The notes beneath the pieces are model-generated. The model was not told where the DNA came from and searched no databases. It was given only the letters and a program-made list of their open reading frames with translations. Shown in pieces: positions 36,979 to 50,032 of a stretch of 64,000 nt of DNA; within the stretch, counting starts at the first letter, position 1; every line of letters begins with the position of its first letter. The stretch is from Hemiscyllium ocellatum (taxonomy: Eukaryota), in contig NC_083431.1 of the NCBI RefSeq assembly GCF_020745735.1, forward strand, positions 24,022,496-24,086,495. The letters run 5' to 3'. The translations under genes were made by a program, and so were the position numbers.

Positions 36979-37839
36979 GGTCTATGTTTGCAAACCAATT
37001 GGAGAGCAATAATATTTGTCAACCAAAGTTTGTGACACATGATGGGTGAATTTTAGTTCATTTCACCTGACAAAAACTAGATGGAAAGGAAATTAAAATT
37101 TATGCAGAACATTTACTATGCTGTTTCACCTCTTGGCTATTTTAACACACAGTACACTTTAGCAATTAAGACATATACTCAACGTCTGCAATTTTGATAG
37201 GAGCCCAAGGTCATTTCAATGGTCTATTGAGCACAGTGTCCACCACATATCCCTCTGGTCAGTAGAAGCATGTAGAGCAGAAGCAGACTCTCTATTTGGA
37301 AAGTATGAAGCATACCTTAATGGAATCAAGCCCTCACAAAGAAAATGTGGACTTTTATCAACCTGGAACATCTACTTCCAGACAAAATAACGCCTTCTAA
37401 CCTCTCCGCCTGTAATGAATTACAGTACCCGAGTGCCAGCTGATTAGCTTCTGGGCCACTCAATGTTTGAAAACGGCATTTGGATAACCAAGACAGGCTC
37501 ACCACATGTATATTAATGAGACTATGCCATTAAAATGTACTGACCTGTTAAGTATCTCCTGGGTGCCTGAGCTCTCTGCCATCTGCTACTAGAGATATTG
37601 GAATCAATGCCTTCTGGCCTTTGCGACTCCTACATGGAATTTAGAATGTCTTCTTCTGTTTTTTTGTATGAATATTTACAGTAACAATTATATACTACAT
37701 AGAACTATGGCACAGAAACAGGGCTGTGACAGACCTTTTGCCCCTTGAACCACCTTCCTTCATTTTAATCTATTATTAACTCTTTTCTCCATAATAGAGT
37801 GGGTTCTTTCTTGATTATATGTTTTACTGAAATATGTCT

Positions 37840-40800
37840 CTTGATTAAACTTATAAATATAAGCCATAAGTATTAAGTTAGCCTGGAGCAGTATTTCGCA
37901 GAGGAATAAGATGGGGCTAATTTCTGGGTCTGCAGATTGCAAGAAGCAAAAATGGCCATTAGTAGAGTGATATGCTCTTCTTGTTGGATGTGGGAGTTTA
38001 GGGAAAGTTTACGTGTCACTGAGGATTATATCTGCAATAAATGCCATGGTTGTGAATCCTATCAGATCGAATGGAATGGTTGGAGCGACAGTGAGAGGCA
38101 ATGAGAAATTTACAAAAGCAAGGGGGTGTGATGGATGGCAGTTATAGGAAAGTTGCAAATACTGTCGCACAAATGAGTTAGCTCTAGGAAGCATAAGAGA
38201 GGTAGGCAGGTAGTGCAGGCTTCCTGTTCCTTGGATGCTGCCTGACCTGCTGTGCTTTAACCAGCAACACATTTTCAGCTCTGATCTCCAGCATCTGCAG
38301 ACCTCACTTTTTATCCCCATTTCAAACAAGTATGTTGTTTGGAAAATGTAGAGGGTGATGGATTCTCAGGGGAATGTAGCACGAACAGCCAAGTTTCGCG
38401 TATTGAGACTGACTCTAATGCAATGAGGGGTACGTCGGGTTCCAAGATATTGACTGTGATAGGGGACTCTCTAGTCCAAGGCACAGACACATGTTTCTGT
38501 GGCCAGCAGTGAAAAATCAGAATGGTGTGTTGCCTCCCTGGTGCCAGGGTCAAGCATGTCTCGGAGAGGGTGCGGAATGTTCTCAAGGTATGAGAGGGGC
38601 CAGCAGGAGGTCATAGGAAGGGAAAAGGTTGAGATTCTGAAGGGAGAATATAGAGAGTTAGGCAGGAATTTAAAAAGGAGGTCCTTGAGAGTAGTACGAT
38701 CTGGATTACTCCCGGTGCTACGAGCTAGTGAGGGTAGGAAAGGAGGCTAGAGCAGATGAAGACATGGCTGAGGAGCTGGTGTATAGGTGAAGGATTCATA
38801 TTTTTGAATCTTTAGAATCTCTTCTGGAGTCGAAGTGACCTGTACAAGAACGATGGATTGCACCAGAATTGGAAGGGGACTAATATACTGGTGGGGGATT
38901 TGTTAAAACTGCTCGGGAGGATTTAAACTGGTAAGGTGGTGGGGTGGGGAGGGGCATTGGGTAGGTGGTGGGACTCAGGGAGATAGTGAGGAAAGAGATC
39001 AACTGGTACAGTTGAGAAAAGAGGCGAGTTAAGCAGTCAGGGCAGGCAGGGACAAAGCAGAGAACAAGGTCGGATTGATAAATTAAACTGCATTTATTTC
39101 AATGTAAAGAGCCTAACAGGGAAGGCAGATGAACTCAGAGCATGGTTAGGAACATGGGACTGGAAAATCATAGTAATTTCAGAATCATGGCTAAGGGATG
39201 GACAGGATTGGCAGCTTAATGTTTCTGGACACAAATGTTACAGGAAGGACAGAAAGGGAGGCAAGGGAGGAGGGAGACTGGCGTTTTTGGTAAACGATAG
39301 CATTACAGCTATATTGAGGGCGGATATTCCCGGAAATACATCCAGGGAAGTTATTTGGGTGGAACTGAGAAGTAAGAAAGGGATGATCACCTTCTTGGAA
39401 TTGTATTATACACTCCCTAATAGTTCGAGGGAAATTGAGAAACAAATTTGTAAGGCGATCTCAGTTAACTGTAAGAATAATAGGATAGCTATGGTAGGGG
39501 ATTTTAACTTTCGAAACGTAAACTGGGTCTGCCATAGTGTTAAGGGTTTAGATGGAGGGGAATTTGTTAAATGTGTACAAGAAAATTTTGTGATTCAATG
39601 TGTGGATATACTGACTAGGAAAGGTGTAAAACTTGACCTACTCTTGGGAAATAAGGCAGGGCAGGTGACTGAGTTGTCAATGGAGGAGCTCTTTGGGGCC
39701 AGTGACCATAATGCTGTTAGTTTTAAAATAGTAATGGAAAAAGATAGACCAGATCTAAAAGTTGAAGTTCTAACTTGGAGGAATGCCAATTTTGACGGTA
39801 TCAGGCAAGAACTTTCAAAACCTGATTGGGGGAAGATGTTCACAGGTAAAAAGACGGCTGGAAAATGGGAAGCCTTCAGAAATGAGATAACAAGAGTGCA
39901 GAAACAGTATATTACTTTAGGCTGAAAGGAAATGCTGGTAGGTGTAGGAAACGCTGGATGACTAAAGAAATTGAGGTTTTGGTTAAAACAAAAAGGAAGC
40001 ATATGTCAGGTATAGATAGGATAGATTAAGTGAATCCTTAGAAGTTGTACTAGGAATATAATTAAGAAGGAAATCAGGAGGGCAAAAAGGGGACAGGAGA
40101 TAGATTTGACAAATAGAGTTGAGAATCCAAATGTTTTTTACAAATACATTTAGGACAAAAAGGTAACTAGGGAGAGAATAGGGCCCCTCAAAGATCAGCA
40201 AGCCAGCCTTTGTGTGGAGCCACAGGAGATACTAAATGAGTATTTTACATCAGTATTTACTGTGGAAAACGACATGGAGGATATAGAATGTAGGGAAATA
40301 GATGGTGACATCTTGTAAAATGTTCATATTCCAGAGGAAGAAGTCTTGAAACGCTTAAAAGTGGATAAATCCCTAGGACCTGATCAGGTGTGACCTAGAA
40401 CTCTGTGGGAAGCTAGAGAAGTGATTGTTGGGTGTCTTGCTCAGATATTTGTATCATCGATAGTCACAGGCGAGCTGCCAGAAGACTGGAGATTGGCTAA
40501 CATGGTACCACTACTTAAGAAAGGTAGTAAAGAAAAGCCAGGCAATTATAGACCAGTGAGCCTGATGTTGATGGTGGGCCAGTTATTGGAAATAATCCTG
40601 AGGGACAAGATTCACATGTATTTGGAAAGGCAAGAACTAATTAGGGATAGTCAGCATGGCTTTGTGCATGGGAAATCATGTCTCTCAAACTTAATTGAGT
40701 TTTTTGAAGAAGTATCAAAGTGGACTGATGAGGGAAGAGCAGCAAACATGATCTATATGGACTTCAGTAAGCCATTCGACAAGGTTCCCCATGGGATACT

Positions 40801-41935
40801 GGTTAGCAAGGTTAGATCTCATGGAATACAGGGAGAACTAGCCATTTGGATATGGAACTGGCTTAATGGTAGAAGACGGAGGGTGGTGGTGGAGGGTTGT
40901 TTTTCAGACTGGAGGCCTGTGACCAGTGGAGTGCCACAGGGATCAGTGCTGGGTCCTCGACTTTTTGTCATTTATATAAATAATTTGGATGTGAGCATAG
41001 GAGGGATGGTTAGCAAGTATGCAGATGACACCAAAATTGGAGGTGTAGTGGACAGCTATGAAGGTTACCTCAGATTACAACGGAATCTTGATCAGATGGG
41101 CCAATGGGCTGAGGAGTGCCAGATGAAGTTTAATTTAGATAAGTGTGAGGTGCTACATTTTGGAAAGCAAATCCATGCAGGAGTTATACACTTAATGGTA
41201 ACGTCCTCGGGAGTGTTGTTGAACAAAGAGACCTTGGAGTGCATTTTCACAGCTCCTTGAAAGTAGTGTTGCAAATAGATAGAATAGTGAAGAAGGCAGT
41301 TGGTATGCTTTCCTTTATTGGTCAGTGTATCAAGTATCGAAGTTGGGAGGTCATGTTGCAGCTGTACAGGACATTGGTTAGACCACTTTTGGAATATTGC
41401 ATGCAATTCTTCTCTCCTTCCAATCAGAAGGATTGAAAGGGTTCAGGAAAGATTTACAAAGATGTTGCCAGTGTTGAAGGATTTGAGCGATAGGGAGAAG
41501 TTTGAATAGGCTAGGGCTGTTTTCCCTGGAGCATCGGAGGCTGAGGGTTACCTTACAGAGATTTATAAATCATGAGTAGCATGGATAATGTAAATAGACA
41601 AGGTCTTTTTCCCTGGGGTGGGGGAGTCCAGAACTAGAGGACAGAGGTTTAGGGTGAGAAGGGACTAAAATTTAAAAGGGACCTAAGGTGCAAGCTTTTC
41701 ACGCAGAGGGTGGTACGTATGTGGGATGTGCTGCCTGAGGAAGTGGTGGAGGCGAGTATAATTGCAACATTTAAAAGGGCATCTGGATGGGTATCTGAAT
41801 AGGAAGGGTTTGGAGGGATATGGGCTGTGTGCTGGCAGGTGGGACTAGATTGGATTGGGATATCTGGTTGGCATGGACGAATTGGACCGAAGTGTCTGTT
41901 TCCATGCTGTACATCTCTATGACTGTATGACTGTA
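37840..41935 (+). mobile_element. Near full-length CR1 LINE (ORF1 zinc finger + SGNH esterase; ORF2 APE + RT), inactivated by stops and frameshifts
   Basis: ATG at 37952 MAISRVICSSCWMWE…YICNKC; VIGDS…CCLPGA esterase motif; ORF 39287-39925 (GDFN, LDLLL, SDH); ORF 40421-41260 (QGSVLGP, YADD); ctctatgact tail. A half fold-back element is inserted at ~38220-38312. Confidence 0.9.
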
Positions 41936-42171
41936 TATATTTCGCTAGCTTTCCTTTAAATATATCTATTTGCTTCAACTCCACTACCTTCTCCATTAGA
42001 TTCCAGCATGTAGCCCTTTTGGAGATATCAGTTGTTCTGTGCATAAAAAACCCCTAATTTTCTTGTGATTCTAGTCTGTAACATGCTCCCAGGTATTCAT
42101 TCGTCTGGATATAAAGCCTCCAAACCCCACCCTTAAAATATTCATTCACGAATAGGTTCCTATTATATTCT

Positions 42172-43194
42172 AGGTAAAAACAATGACTGCAAATGCTGGA
42201 AACCAGATTCTGGATTAGTGGTGCTGGAAGAGCACAGCAGTTCAGGCAGCATCCAAAGTGCAGCGAAATCGACGTTTCGGGCAAAAGCCCTTCATCAGGA
42301 ATAAAGGCAGTGAGCCTGGAGCGTGGAGAGATAAGCTACAACAGGGTGGGGGTGGGGAGAAAGTAGCATAGAGTACAATGGGTGAGTGGGGGAGGGGATG
42401 AAGGTGATAGGTCAGGGAGGAGAGGGAGGAGTGGATAGGTGGAAAAGGAGCTAGGCAGGTAGGACAAGTCCGGACAAACTGAGCTGGAAGTTTGGAACTA
42501 GGGTGAGGTGGGGGAAGGGGAAATGAGGAAACTGTTGAAGTCCACATTGATGCTCTGGGGTTGAAGTGTTCCGAGGCGGAAGATGAGGTGTTCTTCCTCC
42601 AGGCGTCTGGTGGTGAGGGAGCGGCGGTGAAGGAGGCCCAGGACCTCCATGTCCTCGGCAGAGTGGGAGGGGGAGTTGAAATGTTGGGCCATGGGTCAGT
42701 GTGGTTGATTGGTGCGGGTGTCCCGGAGATGTTCCCTAAAGTGCTCTGCTAGGAGGCGCCCAGTCTCCCCAACGTACAGGAGACTGCGTCGGGAGCAACG
42801 AATACAATAAATGATATTAGTGGATGTGCAGGTAAAACTTTGATGGATGTGGAAGGCTCCTTTAGGGCCTTGGATAGAGGTGAGGGAGGAGGTGTGGGCA
42901 CAGGGTTTACAGTTCCTGCGGTGGCAGGGGAAAGTGCCAGGATGGGAGGGTGGGTCGTATGGGGGCGTGGACCTGACCAGGTAGTCACGGAGGGAATGGT
43001 CTTTGTGGAATGCGGAAAGGGGTGGGGAGGGAAATATAATCCCTGGTAATGGGGTCTTTTTGGAGGTGGTGGAAATGTCAGCGGATGATTTGGTTTATGC
43101 GAAGGTTTGTAGGGTGGAAGGTGAGCACCAGGGGCGTTCTGTCCTTGTTACGGTTGGAGGAGTGGGGTCTGAGGGCGGAGTTGCGGGATGTGGA
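42172..43194 (-). mobile_element. Penelope-like element 3' part (GIY-YIG), relatively young
   Basis: ORFs 42498-42692 and 42749-42988; CpGs retained; terminus related to family A. Confidence 0.85.
42267..42302 (-). ncRNA. Minimal hammerhead ribozyme motif at the Penelope terminus, intact core
   Basis: Minus strand: AUUC CUGAUGA A GGGC uuuu GCCC GAAA CGUC GAUU. Confidence 0.68.
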
Positions 43195-43499
43195 CTAGCC
43201 CATCCTCTGTGTGATAGGTTTGCAGAAGCTTTCCTACTGTATTTCCTTCAAAATAAAAGCATTACACAAAGCATATTTTTCACATTGTTAGTAAGCGACC
43301 CTACATATTTCAGTCACAGTGACTTTCTGTGCAGAGCTGCCCCTGCACACCCCAGAAATAAGACCCAAAAACTAAAATGCAGCTTGCAGTATTCTTATTT
43401 CAGAAAATTCACAAGCTTTTTTTTAAACCGACAGTTCAGTATCAGTTCTCCAGCGCCCTCCTTTTTAATACTGCAGTGATTTCTTCCTTTCCCGAAAGC

Positions 43500-44370
43500 C
43501 AGACATTATTAGCAATATTTGCAAACCGCTCAGATTGCAAAGCTCAACACCCGTCACTTGTGACATTGAATCGTTTGCGACAAAAGTTCGGTGGACACGA
43601 CAAATGGGAATGATAACCGATTGCATACACTCTAATCAAAAACAATTGGTGGACTTTCTATGGGAAAGGGTGATATTAAAAAAAAGCCTGGCCTTTTTTT
43701 TGTTTACCTGTCCTAACATCATTTCAATAGCAAATCAGGTTTGGTTTGATCATGCTCCCAGAAAACGTCTTAAGGCTTTTTCTTAACTGAAGGCGCTATA
43801 TAAACGCAAGGTGAGGTTGTCGATGCCGAATAGCATATGAAATAAGCAATGCTTGTAGTCTTGAGCTATTACTGCATACTCAGTTTCTCTTAAGGTTTGC
43901 TACAGTTCTTCCAGCAGCTGTGCAGAAGGCTGGGGATTTGTCTCCCCCTCTCTCCTGGGCTGAAACTCTCAGTCCTGGTTGTGATTCCTGTGAGGAACAG
44001 CAGCAGCAGGGAGTTCTGGAAGCGGCAATGGAAAACAGCTGGCGACTCTAGCAGGGCGCCTTGCGGGCACTCGGGAATTTTGGGGCAAGTCAGTCAGAGT
44101 GAGCCATCCCTCTTTCTTTTTCAGGAGAAAAAAAATCTGGCCACGTTGATTCTCGGCGAGAGAGCGACTTCCCGAGATTGTAATTAACATCTCCAAGGAA
44201 AGCAAAAAAAAACCCCTGAGGCATCGGCATTAATAAGGTGAGAGAAATGTGGGAGAAAACTTTCGTCCACATTGTGTGTGTGTGCGGTTTGGTCTGTGGC
44301 ATGCAGAGGGTGAAATTATTCCAGGATTAGTTCCCACCTCCTTCACTGACATCCTTTCGAACTGAGGACG
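43500..44370 (+). promoter_or_regulatory. rab34: rab34 promoter and non-coding first exon (donor at 44370/44371)
   Basis: CpG-enriched unique sequence, TATATAAA at 43797-43804, strong donor ACG|gtaaga. The TSS cannot be determined from sequence. Confidence 0.6.
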
Positions 44371-47010
44371 GTAAGATTTTCTGATTGTCTTAAGAAACTA
44401 ACCTTTCGGGTATAGTTTGTATTTATTCATGTAGTGTTTACAGCCACCGCTTTGTAGCGGGAGTTAACACATCGCTTTAATTGTATCGAGTTTACAGACT
44501 GACGTGAAGTTGAAACATAATCAGACAGCACCCAGAGTTACTATAACTGGCCTGAAACATTGATACTTTGTGACAAACCGATGATAATCGGAAACGGGGT
44601 TATCGTAAACTGTGACCATTTGTTTCCCCTGGATGCAGTTTACTAACCCAGCCGAGCTAATACAACTTTGGAATAATCGTCCATTGTAATATTTGCTTTG
44701 GCTCCCTTCCAATCTTGAGGAAGTCATGTTCTATTGTTTCCGGAGGGGAGTGGGGGGAGCGATAATATGAGTTAGGGATCCCGGCCAGAAATCTGGAAAT
44801 GGTTGACTGACAATATTTGGGAGAACAAAACAAAGGAGGCGAGGAAAATCTTTATTTTTGAGGGGAAACGGCGAGGAAATGCAAGGGGGGGGGAATAATA
44901 AGCAAAACTTTATAAACCTCAAAAAAACTTCCCCCTCTTTTTGATAGCAGATCATGTCCCTTAATTTCTGGCCGTTTCACTGCATTTTTTCCCCCACCAG
45001 GATAATGGATTTGGGATAGCAGAGGGGCACCAGTCTCCCAGAATCTAATGAAAACTTGTGGATAAACTGCTTATAGTCTAGCTGCAACTTGGACTCAATG
45101 CACAGTATTAGGCATCTGTGTTGATTTGTAGTCTCCTACTAGCGGTTTGGGGTGGTTCTGCAAACCAGGAATGGGAGGTGGGTTGTTGGCAATGCAGACT
45201 GTACACCACCCACACTCCACAAGTCCGAGCAGTTTGACGATCAAAGATCCAACAATTTATTCTGACTACTGTTATTTCTTCTTTGCAGTTTGTCTTATTT
45301 TTAAAAAAATAATGCCTGGCCTACATACAAATTTTTATTCTGGTGGGTGAGGAATGGCACATGGAGAATTTAAGTCTCTGAAACCCTGTGGAATATTTGT
45401 TTTTTTGATACAGATATCGGATCCTCTACCACTAACCTAAATCCAGGGAGCAGTTGATGGTGCCAAGTTTTGTGTGACCCCTAGTGCCAAAACAAAGCAC
45501 TGGCACACTTCTCGCTAATTCTTTTGATAGGGTAGTCCATTAGATCAGGCATAGGATCACAGGATTATTTTCTGTTTCTGTTTTGGTCACAGTGCCTTCG
45601 TAGTGTGCCATCCATATTCCACCAAAAAGTCTTAGTGGATGAAAAGGCAATGGGACCAGCTCAATTGTCCTTGCAGTGTTGATTGAGGGATGGATATTAT
45701 GCAGGACACCAGGGAGAATTCCTCAACTCTTTTTGGGAATAGTGCAGTCCATCTGGATCTGGGAAGAGAGCCAGCTAACAGTAAGGTGAATGCCTTTTCA
45801 GAATTCCTTGTGAACCAGACTGGTTGGTCAAGTTCCCAATGTTGCCTTCCCCTGACCCCCACCCATCCACCCACCCAACCACATATACTGTGGACCTGAT
45901 TAATCAGATGTTAAGTAGTTATGTTTTCATGGAGGAGTGATTTATTTCTGAACTTTCAGGTCTACATCATCTAAGATCCATTTCTCTTCTAGAAGCTCAT
46001 TTTCTATTCCCCCCACCCCCTGAGGTGGTTAATCATTAAATTGATCCTAATGCCAAAACCTGTACTCAGCCTATTTGCCTAATTAATAGGTAAATGGTAA
46101 CACAGAACATGTTAGTATCAGCTATTTAAGATGTAAGGAAATTAATGGAATATTGATTCAATATTAATTTGTGACTGTCAAGACTCTATATAGAACAGTA
46201 TGAGCACTTTTTCAAAAAAAGAGATGGGGAGTCCTCCCTGGGGTCCTGGACAATATCTATCCCTCAATCAATATGATAAAAAAATACTGAGCTGGTTCCA
46301 GTGCTTTTTCATTCACCAAAAATCATGTTGATATATGGACATCAAACTATAGCATACACCAATGACTTTAATGAAATAAAATCCAAAGAACATGAATTGC
46401 TGATTCATTAACACTCTATACATATAATCCCATGAAGTGAAAATCAATTGAGATCAAAGGCGACAGGGGAGTGAATAAACATTTGAGAGTACATTGACAA
46501 GAATGTAAGAATTAGAAACAAAAGTATACCATTTGGCTACTTAAACCTGCTTTTTCATTGAACAAAATAATGGCTGATCTGATTGCAGACTCAATCTACG
46601 TTCAACCTGAGCCCCATTAATCTTTAACTCCCTTTAATAGCCTATAAATCTCTGTCTTTAAAAATATTAAATGACCCTGCTTCCAATACTATCTGGGGAA
46701 GAAAATTCCATTGGCTTGTGATCCTTTGAGAGAAAATATTTCTGAAGTGGAGTAGAGCAGGGGGAAAGCTGGGAAGTGGAAACAGAGTTTGAACTGATGG
46801 AGAGGATGTGAGGTCAGAAACACAGCTGGTGGGTTGGACAGGATTCCATGCTTATGAGCAGACTTGTTCAACTGAAAGGGCGGGAGCCAAAACTTGGTGC
46901 AGAGTTTTAAAGATATTGACCTTGGTCTTTGAGGGTTATTTAGTTTACTTGAGATTGCAAAGTGCATCAGAAGAGAAAAGCTAATAAGCAATATTGTGAA
47001 ATAGAATTAG

Positions 47011-48417
47011 AATAAGGTTTAATGTCATGTATATACAAGTTACAAAAGAACAGGAGTACAGTGAAAAGCGTACAATGTCCCAACACACAGCTCCATCTTA
47101 GGTACAAAGTACCTAGGTACAAAAAACAGAGAAAATAAAGAAAAAATATTACACTACATTACAGATATGCATAGTATAAGTTAGGGAAATAAGAAAAATC
47201 TAAAACAAAGGACATTACTGTCTTCCTATAATGGCTTCCATGTGGTCTGACTGGGCTCCCGCAGTTCCCACCTAGGAGTCATCTTCATTCTGGGCCTACT
47301 GGCCTCTGTCCCCATTCTGCTCTGGGCCTCAAGCCACTGTCTCTGCTCTGCTACAAGCCTCAGATCACCGTCGCTGCTCCCCTCCGAGTCACCATCCCTA
47401 CTCCGAGCCGCAGGCCACTGACCCCACTCCACTCCGGGCCTCTGTCCCAGCTCTGCTCCGGGTCACAGGCCGCTGTCCCCACTCCGGGCCGCTGTCCCCA
47501 CTCCGGGCCGCGGGTCGCTGTCCCCACTCCGGGCCACGGGCCGCTGTCCCCACTCTGCTCCTGCTGCAGGCCGCTGTCCCCACTCCGGGCCACGGGCCGC
47601 TGTCCCCACTCCGGGCCACGGGCCGCTGTCCCCACTCTGGTCCTGCTGCAGGCCGCTGTCCCCACTCCGGGCCACGGGCCGCTGTCCCCACTCCGGGCCG
47701 CTGTCCCCACTCCGGGCTGCTGTCCCCACTCCGGGCCGCTGTCCCCACTCCGGGCCGCAGGCCGCTGTCCCCACTCCGGGCCACGGGCCGCTGTCCCCAC
47801 TCCGGGCCATGGGCCGCTGTCCCCACTCTGCTCCGGCTGCAGGCCGCTGTCCCCACTTCGCTCCGGGCCACAGGCCGCTGTCCCCACTCTGCTCCGGCTG
47901 CAGGCCGCTGTCCCCACTTCGCTCCGGGCCACAGGCCGCTGTCCCCACTCTGCTCCGGCTGCAGGCCGCTGTCCCCACTCCGCTCCGGGTCGTTGTCCCC
48001 ACTCCGCTCCGGCTGTTGGCCGCTGTCCCCACTCCGCTCCGGGCCGCAGGCCGCTGTCCCCAGTCCACTCTGGGCCGCTGTCCCCACTCCAGGCCGCTGT
48101 CCCCAGTCCACTCTGGGCCACTGTCCCCACTCCAGGCCGCAAGCCGCTGTCCCCACTCCCCTCCGGGCCACAGGCCGCTGTCCCCACTCCGCTCCGGGCC
48201 ATAGGCCGCTGTCCCCAGTCCACTCTGGGCCGCTATCCCCACTCCAGGCCGCTGTCCTCACTCCGCTCCGGGCCGCTGTTCCCACTCCAGACTGCTGACC
48301 CCCATCCCTGCCATGACAATTGAGATGTAAAAAAACACAATAGCGAGGAAGGAAAGTAAAATGGAATGAACGGAGTAGATGAGCTCTGGCTGGAGAGTCC
48401 TGTTCGCTGCCGCCTTG
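47011..48417 (-). mobile_element. Non-autonomous LINE-tailed composite element containing a VNTR
   Basis: Minus strand ends …tttcactgtac…catgacattaaaccttattct (Rex1/Babar-like 3' end). Direct repeat gaattag at 47004-47010 and 48418-48424. Confidence 0.55.
47400..48295. repeat. GC-rich minisatellite, core GGCCGCTGTCCCCACTCC, unit variants of ~19, 26, 30 and 31 nt
   Basis: Directly visible tandem array. Confidence 0.95.
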
Positions 48418-50032
48418 GAATTAGCGTGCTGATCCATCAAAATGTAACAGGTTGCTGATTATTTTTCTATTCCTAAAATCTCTCTGTTCTGGAAATAAAT
48501 AAAAATCAAATGAAGTGGTTTCTGAATCTGCACATAACTATGGTTGATTTTCACCTTCATTGCACTGATGGGGCTAATGGATGCTCTTTATGGAACACGC
48601 ATGATTTTCATTTCAATGAGATACTGTCTCATAAAGGTGCAGTGATGTGCTTAACCAATGTATGATCCAAGCATTGAGATGGAAATTGGTTACACTATCA
48701 AACAGACATGGGATCAGGTGAAAGCCATTCAGACTTCCAGTCTATTCAAATAGATCATGGCTGGTGTGTACCATTATTCTGGATACGTTTCTGTGCTCCA
48801 TGATCTCTCCAAAAAAACTCTGGCAACTTCAGCCTCAATCTCCAAATGATCTGGAATTCAGTCTTATGGGGAAACAAGTTCCAGATTTCCATCCTTGTGT
48901 GTGAATAAATGCCTCCTGATTTTTCTTTGTCCTAAATTGTCCTAAGTTATAATTTTAATCTTATGCTCTTCTGTTGGGAATCTGTTATCGGATGAAATAG
49001 GTTCTATAAGACCCTAAGGCATAGAAGCAGAAATCAGGCCATTCAGCCCATCAGGTCACGTCTGCTCTGCCATTCAAGTATGGCTGATAAGTTTTTCACC
49101 CCATTCTCCTGCTTTCTCTCCATAACCCTTGACTCTCTTGATACTCAAGAACCTATCTATCTCAGTCTTAAATATACTCAAGTGTCTGCATGTATCATAG
49201 TAAATCCCGTTAAATGCCTCTAATAGTTCAACTGCAACCTTCCAAATATGGAAATATAGCCAAAAATAGAAATTGCTGGAGAAACTCAACAATTCTGGTG
49301 GCACCTGTGGAAATAAAGCGTTAATAATGTGACTGAATAGCTGCATTTCACAGTTGGTAAGTGCTCTATGGGTGAGTATACAGTTGTGAATTGGAATTCT
49401 CCCACAGATTTCTCTCTCTAAGGATTCTGCCAGACCTGTTGAGTTTCTTGAGTAATTTCTGTTCTTGTTTCAGATTTTCAATGTTCTGCATTTCTTGTTT
49501 TATAATGGGAGTACAACCCCAGCTTATGTAATCCCTCCTTATAACTTAGTGTGTTAAAATCCAGGACTGTCCTGTTAAAATATTTCCCTAACCTTACCGC
49601 TCCCATCCAACACTTAAATTAAATTGTTCCCCTCTGTTCTGCCATGGTGTTTAGATAAAAGCTGTCTTGTCAAATTGTAGCTTTTCAAGGGAGAATTCCA
49701 ACTCAGAACTGCATCCTCATCATTGATGCTTCACTTCTTTACAATAATCTCATGCACTGTGACCAGAGTGAACGGACAATGACCTACTGAGTTTCGCCAG
49801 CAGTTTCTGTTTTGTTTCAGATCTCCAGCATCTGCAGTTCTTTGTTTTGTTATGTTAATCTCCTCCATCTTGTCTTTGTAACTTATCTATATGAAAGAAG
49901 ATTAGTTTTGGATATTGACCAAACAACGAAAACTTTAGCAGAAGTATATTATATAAATCAGTGTTGCTCATGAGCTTGTTTTGATAACATTTTTTTCTGT
50001 TGTATTTCCTCTGTACAGGGCAGTAGCCAAAC

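Noticed and set aside
34774-41260. 221- and 279-aa RT ORFs as functional genes
   Set aside because: They are fragments of CR1 ORF2 broken by stops and frameshifts.
47400-48295. CRISPR-like repeat/spacer array
   Set aside because: Eukaryotic context; the inter-repeat segments are short variants of one another rather than unique spacers; no cas genes.
47360-48298. Long ORFs (259-295 aa) in the minisatellite as real proteins, or as a homologue of NARR, the repeat protein overlapping human RAB34
   Set aside because: Open frames follow from a repeat unit lacking stop codons. Unit lengths are mostly not multiples of 3, the longest ORFs are antisense to rab34, and the peptide repeats do not resemble NARR's.
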